Of a DNA stretch of 64,000 nucleotides, positions 46,801 through 56,420 are shown piece after piece. Positions within the stretch are counted from its first letter, which is position 1, and each line of letters starts with the position of its first letter. The notes beneath the pieces are model-generated. The model was not told where the DNA came from, searched no databases, and was given only the letters and a program-made list of their open reading frames with translations. The position numbers and the translations under genes were made by a program. This stretch comes from an uncultured Sneathiellales bacterium (GTDB lineage Bacteria > Pseudomonadota > Alphaproteobacteria > CAYFNG01), in assembly GCA_964344385.1 (NCBI GenBank), contig CAYFNG010000005.1:23583-87582 (forward strand), read 5' to 3'.

Positions 46801-47151
46801 TCAGCGGGCGCAAATCAAACCGATTTCGACCGTAAAGTCCGGCGCGGCCAGTTTCGACTCCACGCAGGCCCGACACGGCGTGTGGTCGGGCACCACCCAG
46901 GCGTCCCATACCGCATTCATCTCGGCAAAATCCGAAATGTCGGCCAGCCAGATGGTGGCGGACAGGATCTTGCTCTTGTCGGTCCCCGCCTCGGCCAGCA
47001 GGGTTTCGATCCGGGCCAGAATATTCTGGGTCTGCTCGGCGGCGCTGGCGCCCGGCTTGTCCTGTGCCACCTGTCCGGCCAGGTAGACGGTGTCGTTGTG
47101 GATGACGACCTGGCTCATACGCGGACCGACGTGCCGGCGTTCGATGGTCAT
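46801..47151 (-). CDS. ridA: RidA/YjgF-family reactive-intermediate deaminase
   Basis: …VYLAGQVA…TIWLADISDFAEMNAVW…CVESKLAAPDFTVEI…, the RidA fold signature. Confidence 0.8.
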   Translation of the reverse strand: MTIERRHVGPRMSQVVIHNDTVYLAGQVAQDKPGASAAEQTQNILARIETLLAEAGTDKSKILSATIWLADISDFAEMNAVWDAWVVPDHTPCRACVESKLAAPDFTVEIGLICAR

Positions 47152-47187
47152 GGCGTTCCTCCCCAAATTTTGTTCTAGGCGGTCAAC

Positions 47188-47847
47188 TTAGCACGGGCGC
47201 CGGGCGGCCAGAAAGGCCCGCATGTGAAAGGCCGCCTGAGCCGGTTGATAACGGAAGTCGCGCCCAGCCGGACACGCCAGCCTGGCCCGGCAACCCAGCT
47301 CCATGCAGTCCACCCCGCCCTGGTCCGCCAAATGGGCCGCGCACGCCGGTACGTCGTAGCCCTGGGCCGAAAAGGCCGCCACCGGGCAGGTTGCCAGGCA
47401 GGGCCGGTCGCTGCAATTGTCACACGGGCTCGGCCGAAGGTCGGGCGCCGGTAATTCGAACCACCTGTCAAAGACCAACGCCCCACGAAAGCCATGCCAA
47501 AGGCCGAAATCGGGATGGATGAACATGCCCAGCGGCGAAGGATGGCAAGCTTCGGCCTTTTGGGCCCAGCGCTGGAACGGCAGATAGGGTCTGGTGAAGG
47601 GAAACAACGCTGCCGCACCGAGCCTTTCCGCCAGTCCCCCGATCACCTCGCGCGACCAGTCGTCCAGCCGATCGGTGTTGGAATCGCGGGCGGCCGTGAA
47701 GGCCTGCCACATCGCCGGGCCGGCATTGCCAAGCAGGATCAGAGTTGCGGTTGAGCCGCCTTCGGCCGACACCGGAACCAGATCATCCGGCCCTGGGTGG
47801 AAGCCACCCCGCACCGTCAAACCGGCGGCCTGGACGGCCTCAGTGAC
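47188..47847 (-). CDS. Cys-rich ferredoxin-like protein of unknown function (two C-x2-C-x4-C-x3-CP-like clusters). Start uncertain
   Basis: C-terminal CDNCSDRPCLATCP and CAAHLADQGGVDCMELGCRARLACPAG. The long upstream in-frame extension overlaps the neighbouring gene and is probably not translated. Confidence 0.45.
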   Translation of the reverse strand, partial: VTEAVQAAGLTVRGGFHPGPDDLVPVSAEGGSTATLILLGNAGPAMWQAFTAARDSNTDRLDDWSREVIGGLAERLGAAALFPFTRPYLPFQRWAQKAEACHPSPLGMFIHPDFGLWHGFRGALVFDRWFELPAPDLRPSPCDNCSDRPCLATCPVAAFSAQGYDVPACAAHLADQGGVDCMELGCRARLACPAGRDFRYQPAQAAFHMRAFLAARRPC

Positions 47848-47876
47848 TTTGGAAAAGTCCAACTGCCGATCTCCCC

Positions 47877-48125
47877 TCAGTGGATCCTGGGCAACGCCGC
47901 CAGGGTGTCGTTGGGCTTCAGTGGGCGGCCGAGCCAACCCGTTGCATCGGTATCGGTGACGCCGTTGATCAGGGCCAGCCGGCATTCCTCAAGCGGCACG
48001 CCAAGATCCGCCAGCACCGCGCCGGCGGTGGCCCCGTCCGGCACTTCAAGCACGGCCGCCAAGCCATCATGGCCGGATGGCAGGTATTGGCGGAAATGGG
48101 CTAGTAATTTGACTGTGACTTTCAT
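47877..48125 (-). CDS. Small MoaD/ThiS-like beta-grasp protein (82 aa) lacking the terminal Gly-Gly
   Basis: MKVTVKLLAHFRQYLPSGHDGLAAVLEVPDGATAGAVLADLGVPLEE…LINGV pattern. Ends …LAALPRIH. Confidence 0.4.
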   Translation of the reverse strand: MKVTVKLLAHFRQYLPSGHDGLAAVLEVPDGATAGAVLADLGVPLEECRLALINGVTDTDATGWLGRPLKPNDTLAALPRIH

Positions 48126-48304
48126 CGCACAACGCATCCGGACGCCAAGCCGACCGCGATGATGCCCAAGGCCGGCGACAGAGGAAACGGTTTTCTTTCG
48201 CCGACCCCAAGACCGCGTCCGGGATGTCTGGATCATCCGCGGTGATCTCGTGTAGGCTGCGCCATCCCCCATGTCCGGGGCGCACGACCCGAACGAACCT
48301 GCCG

Positions 48305-49777
48305 ATGACCCGTAAACCACCCAATCTGCTGTTCATCCTTGGCGAGAGCCACGCTCCGCACCTGCTGGGTGCGGCTGGAAATCCGCATATCAAGACCCCG
48401 AACCTGGACCGGTTGGCCGCGCGCGGAACCCGGTTCGAAACCGCCTATTGCGCCAGCCCCCTGTGCGTGCCGGCCCGGGCCGCCCTGGCAACCGGCAAGT
48501 TCCCCCACCAGACCGGCTATTGGGACAGCTCGCTGGCCTATGACGGACGCGAGGCGAGCTGGATGCACCGGTTGCGCGCCTCGGGCCATGAGACCGTCGG
48601 CATCGGCAAGATGCATTTCCGCAGCGACGCCGCCGACAATGGCTTCAGCCGGGTGATCGAGACCATGCAGATCGCGGACGGGGTCGGCGACCTGATCAGC
48701 GCGCTGCGCTATGACGGAGAGGAACCGACCTATCGCGGCCTGTGGCGGCTGTGGACCTCGCGCTACGGCGCCGGGGACCAGGACCCCTACCGCCAATATG
48801 ACGAGCGTATCGTCGCGAGCGCCGTCGACTGGCTGGCCAACGAAGCACCGCGGAACGACCGGCCCTGGGCCCTGAGTGTCCATTTCATTGCCGCGCATGC
48901 ACCGTTCATGGTGCCGGAGCGGTTCTACCGGATGTATGATCCGGCCCGCATTCCGCCGCCGGTCCGCTACGGCGAAGGCGAACGCCCCGACCACCCGGCG
49001 ATCGCCCATTTGCGGGACATAATCTGCCACGAGGCGGACCTGCCGCTGGCCCATACCCAGAAGGTCCGGGCCGCCTATTTCGCGACCGTCACCTATCTGG
49101 ACCATCTGGTCGGCCGCTTGCTGGAGGGCCTGGAGCAGGCCGGCCTGCAGGACGACACCCAGATCATCTACACCTCGGATCACGGCTTCAGTTGCGGCGA
49201 TCATTACATCTTCGGGCTGTTCCACTTTTTTGAAGAGTCCCTGGGTGTACCGCTGATCATGGCCGGTCCAGGCGTACCGAGCGGCACCACCGTCTCGCAG
49301 CCGGTCTCCCATGTCGACCTCTGTCCAACGATCCTTGAGAGCGCCGGCTTGGAGCCCACCGGCCAATCGCTCTGGCCGCTGCTCAACGGCCAGGGGGAAA
49401 GCCGTGACCCGGTGTTCGCCGAATATCACGGCACCGGGACATTGACCGGTGGCTATGTGCTGCGCGATGGCGCGATGAAACTGGTCACGTTTGTCGGCCT
49501 GGAACCTCAGCTTTTCGATCTGGCGCGCGACCCCGAGGAATCCCGCGATCTGGCCGGCGATCCGGCGATGGCACCGGTGTTGGAGCGGATGTTACGCGCG
49601 CTCCGCGCGCGGATCGATCCGGAGGCCGTCGACCGAATGGCCAAACAGGCGCAGGAAGCGCTGATCGCACAGCACGGCGGCAAGGCGGAGGTTTTGCGGG
49701 CCAAGCAGGGCTTTTCCTATTCGCCGCCGCCGGGACTGCGTTGGCAGATGATGGACGGCAATGACGCAGAGGACTGA
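48305..49777 (+). CDS. Sulfatase (formylglycine-dependent arylsulfatase family)
   Basis: C-x-P-x-R FGly motif CVPARAAL near the N-terminus (LLFILGESHAPH…). Alkaline-phosphatase-like core. Confidence 0.85.
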   Translation: MTRKPPNLLFILGESHAPHLLGAAGNPHIKTPNLDRLAARGTRFETAYCASPLCVPARAALATGKFPHQTGYWDSSLAYDGREASWMHRLRASGHETVGIGKMHFRSDAADNGFSRVIETMQIADGVGDLISALRYDGEEPTYRGLWRLWTSRYGAGDQDPYRQYDERIVASAVDWLANEAPRNDRPWALSVHFIAAHAPFMVPERFYRMYDPARIPPPVRYGEGERPDHPAIAHLRDIICHEADLPLAHTQKVRAAYFATVTYLDHLVGRLLEGLEQAGLQDDTQIIYTSDHGFSCGDHYIFGLFHFFEESLGVPLIMAGPGVPSGTTVSQPVSHVDLCPTILESAGLEPTGQSLWPLLNGQGESRDPVFAEYHGTGTLTGGYVLRDGAMKLVTFVGLEPQLFDLARDPEESRDLAGDPAMAPVLERMLRALRARIDPEAVDRMAKQAQEALIAQHGGKAEVLRAKQGFSYSPPPGLRWQMMDGNDAED

Positions 49778-49792
49778 GTTGAGGATCGTGAC

Positions 49793-51148
49793 ATGACTGC
49801 CACAGCGACCAGGATCACCATGGCGACCCCGGTCGCGTTCCGCGATCCGCTGCCCGACGCGGTCGACGTGGTGATCATCGGCGGCGGCGTTATCGGGGTG
49901 TTCAGCGCACTTTTTCTGGCGCGACGCGGCATGCGGGTCCTGGTTTGCGAAAAGGGCCGCATCGCCGGCGAGCAATCGTCGCGCAATTGGGGATGGATCC
50001 GCCAGCACGGCCGCGACCCGGCGGAACTGCCGGTCATGACCCAGTCGCTGCGGCTTTGGCACGACATCAATCGCGAGACCGGCGGCGCCACCGGCGTGAC
50101 CACCGCCGGGACCAGCTATTTGGCCAGCAGCGCCAAGGAAATGGCGGTGCTGGAAGGCTGGATGCCAATCGCCCGCGAGCATGGGCTGGACACCAGGCTG
50201 CTCAGCCGCACCGAGGCCCAGGCCCTGTTTTCGGGCGAGGCCGACCATACCTGGGTCGGCGGCACCACGACGCCCAGCGACGCCCGCGGCGAACCCTGGG
50301 CGGCGGTACCGGCGGTCGCCCGGCTGGCCCGGACGGACGGGGTGGCGATCCGCGAGGACTGCGCCGTACGAGCCCTGGACCTGGCCGGCGGCAAGGTCGC
50401 CGGCGTCGTCACCGAGGGCGGACGTGTGGCCTGTGACCAGGTGGTGTTGGCCGGCGGTGCCTGGTCGTCCCTGTTCGCTCGCCGCCACGGCATCGATGTT
50501 CCCCAGCTATCGGTGCAGGGTACTGCGGCTTGCACCGCGCCGTTGACCGAGTTCGCCACCGGCAACGCGACAGACGAGAAACTGGCTTTGCGGCGGCGGT
50601 CGGATGGCGGCTACACCCTGGCCCTGGCCGACCGCAACGGCTTCCACCCCGGCCCCGATGCACTGCGCCATTTCCTGACGTACTTGCCCTTGTTGAAGCC
50701 CAGTTGGCGGGCGATCAAGCTTCACGTCCGCGCCCCGCACGGCCGCCCGGACGGCTGGCGTACCGCCCGGATCTGGTCAGAGGATCGGGAGACCCCGTTC
50801 GAAAGGCTTCGGGTGCTGGAGCCGGCCCCCAACCGTGCCTATGTCCGGATGATGGTCGAGCGGTTCGCGGCCCGTTTTCCCGGCCTCGGCCGGCCGGCGA
50901 TCGCCGATTGCTGGTCGGGCCTGATCGATACCATGCCCGACGTGGTGCCGGTGGTTGATGAGGTACCGGCGATCGACGGGCTGGTCATGGCCACCGGCAT
51001 GTGCGGCCATGGCTTCGGCATCGGCCCCGGTTTCGGCCGGGTGGTCGCCCGCATGGTGGCCGGCGACCCGCCGGAGCACGACCTGCACCGCTTCCGTTTC
51101 AGCCGGTTCGCGGACGGCAGCCGCCTGGAACTCGGCCCGGCGCTTTAG
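49793..51148 (+). CDS. FAD-dependent oxidoreductase (DAO family)
   Basis: VDVVIIGGGVIGVFSALFLARRGMRVLVCEK dinucleotide-binding motif. Sarcosine oxidase-beta/D-amino-acid dehydrogenase-like length. Confidence 0.8.
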   Translation: MTATATRITMATPVAFRDPLPDAVDVVIIGGGVIGVFSALFLARRGMRVLVCEKGRIAGEQSSRNWGWIRQHGRDPAELPVMTQSLRLWHDINRETGGATGVTTAGTSYLASSAKEMAVLEGWMPIAREHGLDTRLLSRTEAQALFSGEADHTWVGGTTTPSDARGEPWAAVPAVARLARTDGVAIREDCAVRALDLAGGKVAGVVTEGGRVACDQVVLAGGAWSSLFARRHGIDVPQLSVQGTAACTAPLTEFATGNATDEKLALRRRSDGGYTLALADRNGFHPGPDALRHFLTYLPLLKPSWRAIKLHVRAPHGRPDGWRTARIWSEDRETPFERLRVLEPAPNRAYVRMMVERFAARFPGLGRPAIADCWSGLIDTMPDVVPVVDEVPAIDGLVMATGMCGHGFGIGPGFGRVVARMVAGDPPEHDLHRFRFSRFADGSRLELGPAL

Positions 51149-51168
51149 AGGCCGGCGGGGTTTTGGCC

Positions 51169-51711
51169 TCAGCCAGGCAGCGCGGTGCGGATGATCCGGG
51201 CCATGCCCTCCTGGAAGGCCTCGCTGGTCTCGCACTTGAGCAGGAGGCCCTTGGCCGCGACCAGCAGCAGATAGGTGATGTCTTCCGCCTCGACCGGGGT
51301 TGCGCAGACCTGCCGATCGACCAGAAAGCGCGTCAGGTCGGCTTCGACCGCGCCGTGGGGATCGATATTCGACCGCTGCATCGATTCGGTGCCCATGTCC
51401 ATGATCTCGGCGCCGTGCGGCGAGCCACGCAACAGCGGCACGACATCGCCGATCAGCCGGCTGAACACCTGCAGCAGCGATTCCGCGGCCGGCCGGCCCT
51501 CGACCCGCAACTCGGCCAAGGCATCCTCGCCGCTGGCGCGGGCCCAGCCCTCGACCGCCCAGTCCAGTACCGCCTCTTTGGTCTTGAGCCGGTTGTACAG
51601 GGTCTGGCGCGAAACACCCACCGCCTGGGCTAGGTCCTCCATCGAGGATTTGCGGAACCCGTAATGGGCAAACACGCCCAGGGCCCGTTCGAATGCCAGC
51701 CGATCTTCCAT
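51169..51711 (-). CDS. TetR-family transcriptional regulator
   Basis: HTH FRKSSMEDLAQAVGVSRQTLYNRLKTKEAVL. Divergent from the lipase gene. Operator palindromes lie in the intergenic region. Confidence 0.85.
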   Translation of the reverse strand: MEDRLAFERALGVFAHYGFRKSSMEDLAQAVGVSRQTLYNRLKTKEAVLDWAVEGWARASGEDALAELRVEGRPAAESLLQVFSRLIGDVVPLLRGSPHGAEIMDMGTESMQRSNIDPHGAVEADLTRFLVDRQVCATPVEAEDITYLLLVAAKGLLLKCETSEAFQEGMARIIRTALPG

Positions 51712-51727
51712 GGGAAGACAATACAAA

Positions 51728-51761
51728 ATTGACATAATTTGTCAATTGACATTGACAAATT
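51728..51761. promoter_or_regulatory. Nested TetR-type operator: ATTGACA-taatt-TGTCAAT overlapping AATTTGTCAA-ttgaca-TTGACAAATT
   Basis: Two overlapping perfect inverted repeats between the divergent tetR and lipase genes. The region also carries -35-like TTGACA hexamers. Confidence 0.75.
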
Positions 51762-51850
51762 ATACTTCAGTTGTAAATACGGAAGATGGCCCTTTACCGA
51801 CACGGGAGGGGTTTCTGACTTGGGAGGCGGAAATAAGGACAAGGGAGACG

Positions 51851-52615
51851 ATGGCCGGTACGACACGCGTCCTGAACGTCACCGCTGTCCTGGGCCTGGC
51901 TCTGGCGCTGGGCGCCCTGGCCGCCTGTACGCCGTCCGCCGCTTCGAGCCCCGTCAACGACGATAACCGCGAGCTGGTGGTGCTGTTGCACGGGCTGGGG
52001 CGCAGCCCCTCGGCCATGCGGTCGCTGGCCGGGCGGCTGGAAGCGGCCGGCTACCGGGTCGAACGGCCCGGCTACAGTTCGTTGGACAGCAGCCCCGATG
52101 ACATCCTGGCCGAAGTGAGCGACAAGATCGCGGCCCTGGGCATCCAACGGGCGCCGCGCGTGCATTTTGTCGGCCATTCCCTGGGCGGCCTGTTGATCCG
52201 TGCCTTTCTCGCTGATAACGAGCCGGCCAATCTCGGTCATGTGGTGGTGATCGGTTCGCCCAATCACGGCACCCCGCTGGTCGACAATCTGCGCGGCAAA
52301 TGGTGGTTCGACATGCTGGGACCGATGACCCTGGCGCTGGGTACCGGTCGCGACAGCTTTCCCAGCCGGCTGCGGCCCCCGGATTATCCCCTTGGTGTCA
52401 TCGCCGGCCGGGTCGAACGCGACAATGACGACCTGTTGCCCGGCCCCGATGACGGGCTGGTCACCGTCGCCTCGACCAAGGTCGAGGGCATGGCGGACTT
52501 CGTCGTCCTGGACGCCCATCACGCGGCCCTGCGCTCCGACAAGGCCGCGGCCGCCCACACCGTGAGCTTTCTGAAGCGCGGTCGTTTCGGCGCCGGTGCC
52601 GCCCATGTCGACTGA
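51851..52615 (+). CDS. Alpha/beta-hydrolase lipoprotein (lipase/esterase; GHSLGG nucleophile elbow)
   Basis: Lipobox LAAC after a signal peptide. GHSLGG serine motif. RBS GGGAG. Confidence 0.8.
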   Translation: MAGTTRVLNVTAVLGLALALGALAACTPSAASSPVNDDNRELVVLLHGLGRSPSAMRSLAGRLEAAGYRVERPGYSSLDSSPDDILAEVSDKIAALGIQRAPRVHFVGHSLGGLLIRAFLADNEPANLGHVVVIGSPNHGTPLVDNLRGKWWFDMLGPMTLALGTGRDSFPSRLRPPDYPLGVIAGRVERDNDDLLPGPDDGLVTVASTKVEGMADFVVLDAHHAALRSDKAAAAHTVSFLKRGRFGAGAAHVD

Positions 52616-53768
52616 CGACACCCTGGCTCTGCCGCGAGCCCGCCGCCTGCGGTTCCGCCGCTTCACCTTGCGGGTTTTATGGCTGTTTGCCGCCGCGCAT
52701 CTCTATGTCGGCTGGCGCCTATTGCCGGACCTACCCCTGGCCCTACCCTGGCAGGTCCTGGGTGCCCTGACCCTGGTCGCTTCGACCCTGTTGATCCCGT
52801 TCGGCACCATGGCACGGCTGTTCCTGGGCGACGAAGCGGCGGTCGACCGGCTGGTCTGGGCCGGCTCCCTGGCCATGGGCTGGTTCTCATCGCTGCTGAT
52901 CCTGACCCTGATACGGGATCTTGCCCTGATTGTTCCCGCCTTGCAGCCCTGGACCGCCGACAGCGCCATGCTGGCGGTCGTGCTGGCGGTTGTCGTGACG
53001 GCAATCGGGTTCCTGAACGCAAGGCGGGTGGCCAAGGTGGTGCCGGTCGACATCATGCTGCCCAACCTGGCGCCGGAGCTCGACGGTTTCACCATCGTCC
53101 AGATCAGCGACATTCATGTCGGCGCCACCATCAAGGGCGACTATGTCGACGGCATCGTCCGGCGGGTCAATGCGCTGCACCCGGATCTGGTGGCGATCAC
53201 CGGCGACGTGGTCGACGGCACCGTGGAACGCCTGGGCGACGAGACCCGGCCCCTGGGCGACCTGCGCGCCCGCCACGGCGCCTATCTGGTGACCGGCAAC
53301 CACGAATACTATTCCGGTGCCGATGCCTGGGTTGACGAATTCGCGCGGCTGGGCCTGGTCCCGCTGTTGAACCAGCACGTTGTGATCGACCATGGCGGCG
53401 CCCAATTGGTGGTCGCCGGGGTCAACGATTTCAGCGCCGCCCGGGTCCACCACGACCATGTCAGCGACCCCGGAGCGGCAGCCAAGGGCAGCCCCGAAGG
53501 CGTATTGAAAGTCCTGCTGGCCCATCAGCCGCGTTCGGCTGCGGCGGCGGCCGCCGCCGGTTTCGACTTGCAGCTCTCGGGCCATACCCATGGCGGCCAG
53601 TTCTGGCCCTGGAACCATTTCGTCCGCATGCAACAGCCCTATACCGCCGGCCTGTACCGGCACGGCGATTTGCAGGTCTATACCAGCCGCGGCACCGGCT
53701 ATTGGGGCCCTCCCAAGCGCTTCGGCGCCCCGTCCGAGATCACCCGGATCACCCTGCGCCGGGGGTGA
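52605..53768 (+). CDS. Membrane-anchored metallophosphoesterase (calcineurin-like)
   Basis: Four N-terminal TM helices, then MPE motifs IVQISDIHVG, GDVVDG, GNHEY, and GHTHGG. Confidence 0.85.
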   Translation: MSTDDTLALPRARRLRFRRFTLRVLWLFAAAHLYVGWRLLPDLPLALPWQVLGALTLVASTLLIPFGTMARLFLGDEAAVDRLVWAGSLAMGWFSSLLILTLIRDLALIVPALQPWTADSAMLAVVLAVVVTAIGFLNARRVAKVVPVDIMLPNLAPELDGFTIVQISDIHVGATIKGDYVDGIVRRVNALHPDLVAITGDVVDGTVERLGDETRPLGDLRARHGAYLVTGNHEYYSGADAWVDEFARLGLVPLLNQHVVIDHGGAQLVVAGVNDFSAARVHHDHVSDPGAAAKGSPEGVLKVLLAHQPRSAAAAAAAGFDLQLSGHTHGGQFWPWNHFVRMQQPYTAGLYRHGDLQVYTSRGTGYWGPPKRFGAPSEITRITLRRG

Positions 53769-53801
53769 AGGGGTCGGGTCGTGCTTTAGTTGCGATTTAA
53801 G

Positions 53802-53926
53802 GCCAATCAAGGCGACACGAATTAAGGGGACACGAATTAAGGGGACACAATACTTAATTCCACGCATGAATTAAGTATTGTGTCCCCTTAATTCGTGTCC
53901 CCTTAATTCGTGTCGCCTTGATTGGC
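53802..53926. repeat. 125-bp perfect palindrome (59-bp stem, 7-nt loop) containing tandem GACACGAATTAAGGGGA units
   Basis: Base-by-base check: 53802-53860 is the exact reverse complement of 53868-53926, with loop CACGCAT. Each arm holds two direct copies of gacacgaattaagggga plus gacacaatacttaattc. AT-rich relative to the genome. Intergenic between the metallophosphoesterase and GMC oxidoreductase genes. Confidence 0.9.
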
Positions 53927-54026
53927 ATCCCCTTGATCACCCAAACGCCGGCAAATGTCGCATAGGCCAAAGGACCGCGCGGTGAATACGGCTAAGCTGT
54001 CACGGTTTGCGGATCGGGAGCGGCGC

Positions 54027-55625
54027 ATGGCGGTTGGCGGGTACGATTATATTGTCATCGGCAGCGGCTCGGCCGGCGGGTTGCTGACTTACCGTCTGAC
54101 CGAGGCGCGGGACATCAAGGTACTGCTGCTGGAGGCCGGCGGCCGGGAGGGGCATTGGTCGATCCGGATGCCGGCGGCGGCCCGCAACAACTTTATGGGC
54201 GGGCCGCGCAACTGGTGCTTCGAAACCGAGCCCGAGCCCCACATGTTCGGCCGCCGCATCTTCCAGCCGCGCGGCAAAGTGATCGGCGGTTCGTCTTCGC
54301 TCAACGGCATGGTCTTTGTCCGCGGCCACCGGCGCGACTATGACGGCTGGGCGGCGGACGGCGCGCCGGGCTGGGGCTATGACGAGGTGTTGCCCCATTT
54401 CCGGAGCCTGGAGCGCTACCTGCCCGGGGCCGATGCCTATCGCGGCGACGGCGGCCCGATCGTCGTCGAGCGGCTGGGTGACCACCATCCGATCGAACAG
54501 GCCTTTCTCGACGCCGCCCAGCAGGCCGGCCACGCGCAATCGACCGACTATAACGGGGCCGAGCAGGAAGGCGTCACGCCGTTCGACGCCAACATCTTCC
54601 GGGGCGAGCGGTGCGGCACCGCCGCCGCCTGCATCGCCCCGGCCCGGGCCCGGCCCAACCTGACCATCGCGACCGGCGCCCAGGTCACGAAGATCGTCAT
54701 CGGGGGCGGCCGCGCGGTCGGCGTCGACTATGTCCAGAGCGGCCAGGTTCGGCAGGCAAGGTGCGAGCGCGAGGTGATCCTGAGCGCCGGCGCCATCCAA
54801 TCGCCGCAGATCCTGATGCTGTCGGGCATCGGCCCCGCCGATCACCTGCGCGACCATGGCATCGCGGTGGTCCAGGACCTGCCCGGGGTCGGCGAGAACC
54901 TGCAGGACCATCTGGAGGTCCATATCAAGCACCGCTGCCCCGGCGGCCTGGCCAAGAACCGCCTGTTGCGCAAGCACCGGATGGCATTGATCGGCCTGCA
55001 ATGGTTTCTCGCCAAGGCCGGTCCCGGCGCCACCACCCACAGCCGGATCGGCGGTTTTCTGCGCACCGACGCCGCCGCCGACTATCCCAATATGCAGTTC
55101 CATTTCTGGCCCTACTTTCTGGAGGGCTGGTCGCCGCCGCCGCACAAGGACGGCTACTGCTTCGACGTCGGCCCGACGCGCAGCAACAGCCGCGGCTGGG
55201 TCCGCCTGGCGTCAGCCGATCCCCTGGCCAAACCGCTGATGCGGTTGAACGGACTGTCGACCGAGCGCGATTTGGAGGAGTTCCGGGCCTGCCTGCGGAT
55301 TACCCGCGAGATCGCCCGCCAGTCGGCCTTCGACTTCTGCCGCGGCCCCGAGGTGGCGCCGGGGCCGGAGGTCACCTCGGACGCCGACATCGACGATTTC
55401 GTGCGCGCCAACGCCAACAGCGCCTACCACCCCAGCGGCACCTGCAAGATGGGCAGTGACGTGCTCGCGGTGGTCGACCCGGAGCTTAAGGTCCATGGGG
55501 TCACAGGTTTAAGGGTGGCGGACGCGTCGATCATCCCGACCATCCCCAACGGCAACCTCAACGCCCCGTCCCTGATGATCGGCGAGCGGGCGGCCAGCCT
55601 GATCCGCAATCAGCAAGCCTCCTGA
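54027..55625 (+). CDS. GMC-family oxidoreductase (choline dehydrogenase-like)
   Basis: YDYIVIGSGSAGGLL FAD motif, GMC signature GGSSSLNGMVFVRG, and the C-terminal His-containing active-site region …YHPSGTCKMG…. Confidence 0.9.
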   Translation: MAVGGYDYIVIGSGSAGGLLTYRLTEARDIKVLLLEAGGREGHWSIRMPAAARNNFMGGPRNWCFETEPEPHMFGRRIFQPRGKVIGGSSSLNGMVFVRGHRRDYDGWAADGAPGWGYDEVLPHFRSLERYLPGADAYRGDGGPIVVERLGDHHPIEQAFLDAAQQAGHAQSTDYNGAEQEGVTPFDANIFRGERCGTAAACIAPARARPNLTIATGAQVTKIVIGGGRAVGVDYVQSGQVRQARCEREVILSAGAIQSPQILMLSGIGPADHLRDHGIAVVQDLPGVGENLQDHLEVHIKHRCPGGLAKNRLLRKHRMALIGLQWFLAKAGPGATTHSRIGGFLRTDAAADYPNMQFHFWPYFLEGWSPPPHKDGYCFDVGPTRSNSRGWVRLASADPLAKPLMRLNGLSTERDLEEFRACLRITREIARQSAFDFCRGPEVAPGPEVTSDADIDDFVRANANSAYHPSGTCKMGSDVLAVVDPELKVHGVTGLRVADASIIPTIPNGNLNAPSLMIGERAASLIRNQQAS

Positions 55626-55642
55626 CAAGGGTGTCTCGTCCG

Positions 55643-56284
55643 CTATTTGATATTCCGGCAATGCACCATGGTCAGCCAACCGAGCGGCGGCAGATCACGC
55701 AGTTCGACCACGTCCACGTTGCCGCACGCCAAGAACGGCCCCAGTTCGAAGTCCGGCCGCCAGCCGAGCTGGGCCGCAAATGGCGCCAGGGACCGTTCGA
55801 TCTGGCCGCGCAGTCCGTTGACCGACGCAAAGTGGTTGACGATCACGATGTCACCGCCGGCAACACAGACCCGCTGGATCTGTTGCAGCAGCCGGGCCGG
55901 GTCAGGCACCACCGCGGCGACGAACATTGCCACCACGATGTCGAAGCTGTCGTCGGCAAAGGCGAGCCGTTCGGCGTCCATGTCGAGCAGCGCTTCGACG
56001 TTTTCCAAGCCGTGCTCCGCCACCCGGTGACGGGCACGCGCCAGCATTTCTTTCGAGACATCGATGCCGACGATCCGCTTGCTGGTGTGGTAGTCGGGCA
56101 GCGCCAGGCCGGTGCCGATGCCGATATCCAGCAACCGCCTGCCCGGCAATGCATTGACTTTTCCGACCGTCAAACGGCGACTATTGGCCAGCGCTGTCCC
56201 GAAAACCGCGTCGTAATAGGGGGCATGCCGACGATAGGCCCGTCTGACCGCCGCCAGGTCCATTCCGTTTGCCAAGCTCTGCAT
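55643..56284 (-). CDS. Class I SAM-dependent methyltransferase
   Basis: Motif I LLDIGIGTGL and motif post-I IVGIDVS. ~210 aa. Confidence 0.75.
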   Translation of the reverse strand: MQSLANGMDLAAVRRAYRRHAPYYDAVFGTALANSRRLTVGKVNALPGRRLLDIGIGTGLALPDYHTSKRIVGIDVSKEMLARARHRVAEHGLENVEALLDMDAERLAFADDSFDIVVAMFVAAVVPDPARLLQQIQRVCVAGGDIVIVNHFASVNGLRGQIERSLAPFAAQLGWRPDFELGPFLACGNVDVVELRDLPPLGWLTMVHCRNIK

Positions 56285-56420
56285 CCAAGTTTGGTTCAAT
56301 GGGAACAAACGACACTGGTGCACTCATGGTCCGGCTGTTTTCCGATCAAGGCAAGAAAAAACGCTGCATTTTCGCCCGAATCTGATATTGGGGATGGTGG
56401 CAAAATGAGGGAGAGGCGCG

